From positions 126,542,001 through 126,606,000 of the forward strand of contig OZ024745.1 of the NCBI GenBank assembly GCA_964016885.1: DNA of 64,000 nt, given 5' to 3'. Shown in pieces: positions 55,210 to 64,000 of the stretch. Below the pieces are notes generated by a model. That model did not search any database and was not told the DNA's origin. It worked only from the letters and a program-made list of their open reading frames with translations. The DNA comes from Eledone cirrhosa. Taxonomy: Eukaryota. Both the position numbers and the translations under genes were made by a program. Each line of letters opens with the position of its first letter. Within the stretch, counting starts at the first letter, position 1.

Positions 55210-55941
55210 ATTAACAACTATAATAGAAAGCATTACAGTAATTCCAAAGGCCAAAAAAGAAATAGAACTAGGAACATAATTTGGTTTGCCCCCCCTTTCT
55301 CACTAAACATTAAAACCCACATCGCTAAACTATTTTTTAAAGCTCTTGATAATCGCTTCCCTAGAACACATAGGTATCACTCAATTTTCAATAGACATAC
55401 AATTAAATTAACCTACTCATCCACCAAAAATTTAGCACAAAATATTAATAGAATAAATAATAGGAACTTAAAACCTAGTGATAATAGCATAAATAATATA
55501 CAAGTTAACAAATGTAACTGTTGAGATAGATCTAAATGTCCGTTAAATAACAACTGCTTAGTTAAAAATATAGTATACAATTGTAATGTTAAAACTGACT
55601 CTAATTCTTTTAACTACGTCGGTTCCACATCGACGGAATTTAAACTTCGCTATAATAACCACAAGAATTCTTTCACAGATCCAAGCAAGAAATCTTCAAC
55701 GGCACTATCAGGCGTACTCTGGCAACTTAAGCTAGATAACGTTAGATATTCGACGGCTTGGAATATAGTCTCAAGAGGGATTCCTTTTAATTCATCCTCT
55801 GAGACATGTGACCTCTGCGCAGAGGAGATATTCTTTATACTAAAATTTAAAAATTCCCTTAATCTACGGACAAATTTATTCAGTTGCTGCAAACATAGAT
55901 TAAACTCAACGTTTAAATATAAATTTAAATTTAAAATGTAG
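55210..55941 (+). pseudogene. PLE polyprotein C-terminus (thumb/linker, Cys-rich motif, GIY-YIG)
   Basis: RNIIWFAPPFSLNIKT..IFNRHTIKLTYS..CNC*DRSKCPLNNNCLVKNIVY..YVGSTSTEFKLRYNNHKNSF..STALS..CDLCAEE..CKHR. Single in-frame TGA at 55522. Confidence 0.92.
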
Positions 55942-57282
55942 TATATTTAGTTTGATTTATAATTATATGGGAAACTAGCCGATAAATCTTTGATTTCTTC
56001 TTTTTATTCTTTTTTTTATTTTTATTTTTATTTAAACATTCTTCATAAAAAATTAAGCTACCCTAAAAGTTGATGCTCCAAATATTTCGAATAAACGTTA
56101 CACTAGATAAACTTCTATATTAAATATAAGAACACATGTAGACCAAATGGGCATCCTAAACTTTTTGAAATGATTTTTGCTAGATGCGATTTGATAAATA
56201 ATTTTTGGCTTTATCTGTTTTTCGACTCTGATGCTTATAATGAACTTGGCAATATATTGTCAATTAATTTTGAAGGGTTGATCTTTGTGGTTTATTTTTA
56301 TTATTGTAGTATTTTCTAATATTTTTTATTTTTAATATTTTTAATATGTAATATTTTTAATATGTAATACTCTTTCGTAATATTTTTTAGTTTTATATTT
56401 TATTATTACTTATTATTATTATTATTGTTATTTTTTGTTTCTGATATATATTTTTATTAGTATATTGAAATCTGCTCTCTATTTCTGCTTGATAGATAAT
56501 CTTGTAGAGTAAAGACAGGAATAGTAGCAATATTGACTCTATATATATTTGTGTGTATATATATACACATATATGTATACTTAAATTATTATAGCACAAT
56601 GAGAATGTTTTCCGTGAACTTAGGGTTTGCAGAGTTGATCATATAAATTCACATAGATGTTTGTAGTTATCACATAAACATGAATTTTAAAAAAAAACTA
56701 AACATAAGATCATTTTCACACATTATGGATACATGTCTCATTCAGGAATACTGATATTTACAATATAGTGGCTGGTTTTTATACATACGAATACCTCTAC
56801 ATTAAAACATAGGGTTTTTTTATGCCTCGCCTATGTCTGGTTATTTTTAATTTTTCTCTCTATATAACAGCTGGTTTCTATCCTAACCACATATATCTCC
56901 CTTACATTAATACTAGAGCTAAATAAATAAATAAATAAATAAATGTATCATTGATACGTTTACTCAACTGACGTCCCACTACCTAGTTTTCTATATATAT
57001 GTATCTATCTCTATTTCCTCTCTCTATATATATATTTCTCTCTCTGTTTCTTTACATGAAGTTCTTCTCTTTATCTATCTTTCCATCTCTCTATTTTGTT
57101 CCATGCATTTCTTCTTTTTTCTTCTTTTTCTTCGTTTTCTGTCTTTCTTTCCTTTTTTTTCTCTCTTTCTTTCTTTCTTTCTCTCTGTGTACAATTTTTT
57201 CACTGCCAATTCAACTTTTCAAATACAAGTCGATGTTGTTACGGTATGTCAAATCTATTTATCTATAAAACTGTTTATATTG

Positions 57283-57348
57283 TATTTTGTCTGAGGAAGG
57301 CATAGCATATTGTTAATATGATATCCCTGAAATATATATAATGAAATA
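57283..57348 (+). ncRNA. Type I HHR (family B)
   Basis: UAUUUUGU-CUGAGGA-AGGCAUA..UAUCCCU-GAAA-UAUAUA-UA-AUGAAAUA. Confidence 0.78.
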
Positions 57349-57386
57349 AATATGGTTTTATAAATATAGTTTCCATTTATTTAATA

Positions 57387-57440
<54 letters not shown>

Positions 57441-57443
<3 letters not shown>

Positions 57444-57543
57444 GCAATGAAATATCTATGATCGTTGGCAAATCACTGATGAGGGACTCATTTTATAACA
57501 TGTTATCCATGTGCAACCTGCAGTATTCTTCTCCCCATTTTTT

Positions 57544-57627
<84 letters not shown>

Positions 57628-58470
57628 AAAAAATGGGGAGAAGAATACTGCTGGTTGCACATGGATAACATGTAATAAAATAAGTCCCTCATCAGTGATT
57701 TGCCGACGATCATAGATATTTCATTGCATTAAAAATCATATACCTCACGTCGGTGCAATAATAACTAAATCAAGTTATTAGGACAATTAAAACGGGTAAA
57801 GCGAGTGAAACAAGATAACAACAAAGAGGATAGCTAACCGTAGAAGGAAGGGAACAAGCTTCATAGTTATTCTGTTAGCATAAGCTAGGTGAATATATGA
57901 GCGCTTAGAAAAAAGACCTTTCAGGAGCGAATTCAAATGTGAGAAAGAGAGAAAATGATTTCGTCGTGAACGGGGTGAAGTGAGAAGAGGAGAAACAGTG
58001 AGTGAGTGGAAGTGTGAGGAAGAGTTAACTGACATGACAGAGGGGGCGAAAGAAAGTAGGAGAAACAGAGAGAGCGAGGGAGCAGTAAGAGAGAGAGAGA
58101 GAGAGAAAAACAGAATCGCAGTAGGTAAATATATGTGAAAAAATGGGGAGAAGAATACTGCTGGTTGCACATGGATAACATGTAATAAAATAAGTCCCTC
58201 ATCAGTGATTTGCCGACGATCATAGATATTTCATTGCATTAAAAATCATATACCTCACGTCGGTGCAATAATAACTAAATCAAGTTATTAGGACAATTAA
58301 AACGGGTAAAGCGAGTGAAACAAGATAACAACAAAGAGGATAGCTAAAACAGATTAAAGTTTAAGCCAAGAATCGTTGCTTTCACCCTTAACGGAATCTT
58401 CTGAAACTGTTTCAAAAGATCCCGGTAAGAGTGAAAACACCGATTCTTTGCTTAAACTTTACTCTGTTAT
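57441..58470 (-). mobile_element. Non-coding family C element with direct and inverted terminal repeats
   Basis: 57625-57837 is near-identical to 58134-58346. 57441-57548 is an inverted copy across (TA)n. Palindrome at 58348-58468. Confidence 0.85.
58359..58457. ncRNA. Back-to-back HHR-like motifs with CA(G/A)AAGA core
   Basis: 58359-58407(-) and 58409-58457(+). Helices I, II and III can be paired. Confidence 0.55.
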
Positions 58471-58906
58471 TTTAATAAATATTTGCTCTGTGGTTCTTAT
58501 ATATTTGATATATATTTATCCTTATCGAGCCCTCTTTGGATTTTAGTCTTCACATTTATTATTATTACTATAATTATATATATATGTGTGTGTGTGTGGG
58601 GGTGTGTGTGTGGGGGGGTGCGTGCGTGTGGATACACATACAAAGAAAGAGGGGTGTACGTATGTGTACGTATAAAATTTGAAATGCTTCCTAAATTAAC
58701 CGCTTTGTTTACACTCCTAGCTACAAACTTAAAGGGAATATTGGTGACCGGCGGCTCTTTATCTTATTCGTTAATTCACAAATTACGAATGATGGGTTGA
58801 ATGCATTTCACAATTTACCTTCTTACCTCTTCGGGCTAAGCTGAAACTCCATTCAGATTGATTATACGTTTCACCATATCATAGGTAAATAAAATAATTA
58901 GCTGTA

Positions 58907-59451
58907 CAGGTTGATCCGAAAATCTTGTCACCCCTGGTCGCATATTGTTTTAACTTTCATTATTTTTTGTTTTATAAGGTCGGTGGATTGGCAGTATAGG
59001 TAGAGGGTCGGACGCCATGCTTTCCAGCATAGTTACGTCCCTTTACGATCTGAGTTCAAATCCCGCCGAGGTTGACTTTGCCGTTCATCCTTACGGGGTC
59101 GATAAAATAAAGGACCAGTAATGTATTTGGTAATTGCTGGCCTTGTGCCAAAAGTAGAAACAATTATTTTTTATTTTATTTATTTAATATATATCATTAA
59201 TTATAATATATAATAATAATAATAACATAATTTTCTATTTCAGAGTTTCTACCGTTTGGAAGAGAGGTTGCTGGCAAGTGTATGGACACGTGATCGTGTG
59301 CATTCTGACAAGAATATGGAGGATGTGCGACATGACTTCACTGCAAGATTCGGCAAACCAGCTCCTCCGAAGAGGACGATACTGCGATGGGAACATAAAC
59401 TGTTTCTCATTACTTTTTGGTAGGGAGTGACAAGACTTTCGGACCACCCTG
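58907..59451 (+). mobile_element. Second Tc1/mariner-superfamily non-autonomous copy with nested SINE (58978-59167, subtype A)
   Basis: TA TSD, same TIRs and HTH remnant as 18350-19585. Confidence 0.9.
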
Positions 59452-59619
59452 TAGTATAATTAGTGACCTTGTCCTTGTGTTAGAAACAGTTATTACGTAT
59501 GTATTTTGCTATTTAGCCTACTGCACCCATATCAAGATTACAAGCAGAAGATGATTTCTTCTCTACTACTTCGGACGAGGCATTTACATCTTATGAAGAA
59601 TTGTTCTCCACAATAATCT

Positions 59620-59960
59620 TTCAAACTTTGGCACAAGACCAGCAATTAAGGGACAGGGGAAGTTCGGTTACATCTACTCCAGTACTTAAATGGTACTTTA
59701 TATTATTGACCTCCGAAATGAAGAAAGGCAATGCTGGCCTCGATTGGATTTGAACTCAAAACGTGAAGAGCCGTCCCTAAATGCCACAATAACGGCTTCT
59801 GATTTAGACATAAAGCCAACAATTTTGGAGGAGGGGAAAGTCGATTAATTCTACCCCAGTGTTTTACTGGTACTTCATTTCATCAGCCTCGTAAGAATGA
59901 AAGGCAAAGCTAACCTCTGTGTCATTTAAACTCAGAATCTAAAGAGCCGTAATTAAGTGC
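59620..59960 (-). mobile_element. Two old tandem SINE family 1 copies
   Basis: Degenerate central domain and B box, twice. Confidence 0.7.
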
Positions 59961-60368
59961 CACAATTATACATGGTTTTTATGCCTGAGGAAATACTACC
60001 AAGTTAACAGTACTGCAATATTCTCTCCGTCTCTTTCCTTTAAACATGCAAAATACATTCAGTATTGAGAACACGATTGAATTTCGGTCAACATAACGAT
60101 ATAGCAGCAACATCAAAACCTTGTATGAAGCAATATAGGATGCTTCATATAATGTTTTAGGGTGTATGTTTATGATATTGATAATATCAGTCATACTAGT
60201 ATAACACATTAAATATTTTCTAGCAAGTCTTCGTTTGGAGATGATTTTTGTGTCTTTTAGTAATTAGCAAATATTCGAAAGGTGGATAATGACCGCCTAA
60301 GTGAAATCTAATGCATATTTCGTAGGTCGAAGACAAACTATTTCCCTTGGTTTAAACCATTGCTGCCT

Positions 60369-60553
60369 AATAATTGTTTCTACTTTTGGCACAAGGCTAG
60401 TAATTACCCAGTGTATTACTGGTATTTATTTTATCGATCCCGTAAGGATGAAAAGCAAAGTTAACCTCGGCGGGATTTGAACTCAGATTATAAAGGGACG
60501 TAACTCCAAGCTGGAAAGTATGCCGTCCGACCCTCTACCGATACTGCCAATCC
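60369..60553 (-). mobile_element. SINE family 1
   Basis: Reverse-complement match to family consensus. Confidence 0.9.
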
Positions 60554-60569
60554 ATGCCATAATGCTATA

Positions 60570-61095
<526 letters not shown>

Positions 61096-61567
61096 TATGC
61101 AGAACGAAGAGAGCAGGATAGAAATGAATACATACTGAACTGCGCACACAGTTTTTCATTTACTAAACAATAATAAAACTAAGGTGAAAGGCAAGCTACA
61201 TGTCGTCCATGTTGTCATTGTTTTGACGAATGTGTATTCTAAACTTGACCTTTTAATTTTGACCTATTGTTTTACGAACAACAATTTTTCAGGAAGCTTT
61301 TTATAATGAAATGTAAGGTTCCTAACAAGGTCAGGCGAAGATTTACAAAAATGTTCACTGTTACAAGAGGTGGAAACCTCTGACACGAGCAAAGCAAGTC
61401 AGTTCGTCATCCGCCAAACAGCAACGCAACAATTATGCACACTGTTCAAGTGCATATGGAATATTTGGAGTGGCATTGGAGTGGCATTGGAGTGGCATTG
61501 GAGTGGCATTAATTTGTAGCAAACAGTATGGAGCCACCATTGTGAATGTTATTATTAGGCAGTTACA

Positions 61568-61790
61568 GGGCGGTGGGTTGGCAGTATCGATAGATGGTCG
61601 GACGCCAAACTTTGCAGCATAGAGTTATGGCCCTTTATGATCTGAATTCAAATTCCGCCGAGGTTAACTTTGCCTTTCATCCTTACGGGGTCGATAAAAT
61701 AGAGCATCAGTAATGCACTGGGTTCGTTTTAATCGACTTTCCCTTTTTCCCAAAATTGCTGGCTTTGTTCCTAAAAGAGAAACCATTATT
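61568..61790 (+). mobile_element. SINE family 1 long-tail variant
   Basis: Same structure as 16805. Confidence 0.88.
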
Positions 61791-61968
61791 TACCAAGACA
61801 TGGCTTTTATAAGATTGAAGATATTCTTATCATTGATTGAGGCATTAATCCAGATATGGAATTCATAAGCGAACATAGTTCAAAGTGTATTTGGGATGAG
61901 TCGTAACGGCCGTATTTAGACCTCTTCATGTCTGAATACGGCGGATTTCTTCCAGAGAGAGTGAGTGA

Positions 61969-62075
<107 letters not shown>

Positions 62076-62576
62076 GAATGAGAGGAGGGGTTGTGTGGTT
62101 ACTGATAACGGGTGTTAGAAGGTAAGAAGACATAAACAAGAGGTGGTGGACAGTCTCCTTTCGTCAGTAGTTAGTTACGGATCACGGATATTTCGGCGCA
62201 TTATTAACTATACATCTATCCGTAGCGCGCCCATACCCTTTTATCTATCAAAGGCCATGAGGGAGAGAATGAAAAGAAGAAAGAGAGAAGAAAAAGGGGG
62301 GAAAAGGAAAAAAAAACATACCGATAGAAGGGAGAAGACGGGACAATGGTACATGTAAGCAAGTAACCGAGAGAATGGAGATCAAGTTTAAAAAAAGCCG
62401 TTGGGTTTAAGCCAGGGGTCATAATAATGCAGCTAGGTATTCCACGTCTGTTCTCAGTGAAAGCGCAGCAAAAAGAGAGAAAGACAACGTCAAGTTATTG
62501 TAAGTTCACCCAGGTAGGCACTCGATGTTTAGGTTCAAGTCAATGACGCGGTATAGAGTTAAACAGAGTGTAATAT

Positions 62577-62763
62577 AATAATACAAGGATGATTTGTTAA
62601 GCCTTCATTACGTTTAGTGATGCGCGTTTCACTATTGATCAGCTCAGGATTCGGTCTGTACCGATTTGGCCCGAATTTTGATTCCAGAATCGGGTCAGAT
62701 CGATACAGATCAATAGCAAAACGCGCATCAATAAACGTAATGAAGGCTTAACAAATCGTCTTT

Positions 62764-62772
<9 letters not shown>
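62577..62772. mobile_element. Long fold-back hairpin with HHR 3'-half remnant
   Basis: ~64-bp outer arms plus ~20-bp inner arms. Minus strand GAAACGCGCAUC. Confidence 0.7.
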
Positions 62773-62839
<67 letters not shown>

Positions 62840-62850
<11 letters not shown>

Positions 62851-62995
62851 GGAGAATGTCTGTCTGTCTTTCTGTCTGTCAGCTCACTAAAACTCGAGAA
62901 CCACCCAACCGATTGTTTTCAAACTTTACACATGTAATACTTATGGTCCTGTGAGTGTTTTGAGAAAAGAAAATTTCAAATTTTCAATGCCCTAC
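62840..62995 (+). mobile_element. Helitron 5' part
   Basis: Matches 33405-33566(-). Confidence 0.75.
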
Positions 62996-63360
62996 GGACC
63001 CAGAAGGAATACCGCTAAGCATTTTTTCTATCCCACGTTCTAACAACTCTGCTAACTCGCTGCCTTAAAGGTTTCATAGCTTTGATTTGTGAAATGATTA
63101 ACTTTAATATATTCAAATGATGTTGTCTTTAGACTGAAGCTTTAGCCAGATATGCGACAAATGTTGAACTGGATAACGTATCATATCATACGAAACTTTC
63201 CAATTCAGTAAAGTAATGCAGTGTAGAAATAATGTATTGTTCAAAACCACCGTAGAAATTCTACATCGGATATAAGCTCATGACTAATGGAATAGCAGTT
63301 TTAAAACTTATCTACTCAGCTATTTTATTTCTAATTTCATTACATTATATCTACATTTGT

Positions 63361-63493
63361 TACGTCTCTTTACGATCTGAGTTCAAATCCCGCCAAGATT
63401 AACTTTGCCTTTCATCCTTACGAGGTCGATAAAATAAAGTACCAGTAATGTACTGGGTAATTGCTGGCCTTGTGCCGAAAGTAGAAACAATTA
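63361..63493 (+). mobile_element. 5'-truncated SINE family 1
   Basis: B box, central domain and tail. Confidence 0.88.
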
Positions 63494-63769
63494 TATGTAC
63501 ATTTGTAATGATATCATGAAATAATTCTTTTACTTTTGATGAATTGAAATATATGAATCTCGGTACATTTGTATTTAGATATTTAACGACCACTCACCAT
63601 GAATATATGATATTCTTACTAGAGATGTGGAATATATGATATTCTTACTAGAGATGTGAAATGGAAGAGAAATGAAGTATACTAACTGGAATTCAGTAAT
63701 CTTACGCTTTAATAATTATAGAAAAAGGAAAGCAATACAGAATACAGAGTTCACCAAGAGCAAACACAG

Positions 63770-64000
63770 AGGAACCAAACTCTCACTGTCATCACCTCCA
63801 TATCTCTCGCCCTCCATATCTCTCATTATTATGAACAAATGGGGTCCCACGCGCTGGCCGCCCTACGGCCCCGGCGGACAGAAAAGAGAAGGCGTTTCCC
63901 GGAGGATGGTGATAGAGAAGCACTGGAAGAGCCATTCTAGCTCGCGAGGCTCACACTTGCGGCTAGCCAGCTCAGCACCTGTGGTGGTGAGTAGGGAGGT
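63770..64000 (-). pseudogene. CRE-like retrotransposon 3' end (runs off window)
   Basis: GAELASRKCEPRELEWLFQCFSITILR (frameshift) NAFS. Confidence 0.78.

Larger units (their letters stand above)
55118..57390 (+). mobile_element. 5'-truncated Penelope-like element (family B) with inverted 5' terminal-repeat piece
   Basis: 55118-55200 is the reverse complement of the family B tip (13912-13999). Followed by ORF remnant, long AT-rich 3' region and HHR. Flanked by (TA)n on both sides. Confidence 0.8.

Noticed and set aside
57449-57490. GAAA..UGAU/AUCA-CUGAUGA, type II HHR order
   Set aside because: Flanks do not pair to form helix II, and the relative at 40025-40060 lacks GAAA.

Overview
AT-rich, repeat-saturated animal DNA, intronic or intergenic. 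The SINE and microsatellite make-up resembles octopus/cephalopod genomes (inference from recall). No intact host gene is supported: nearly all ORF-track entries are (TA)n/(CA)n read-throughs. The window holds more than 20 tRNA-derived SINEs, a deleted mariner, Tc1-, piggyBac- and hAT-like MITEs, non-autonomous Helitrons, RTE and CRE-like LINE remnants, and two Penelope-like (PLE) GIY-YIG fragments. The main hidden signal is RNA structure. About 15 type I hammerhead ribozyme (HHR) motifs from at least 8 unrelated families sit in short PLE-type terminal repeats lodged in (TA)n tracts, often as fold-back palindromes. Unusual variants include two unrelated HHRs with a branched two-hairpin helix II and a family with a CAGAnGA core. 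All folds were paired by eye, and many repeat boundaries are approximate.
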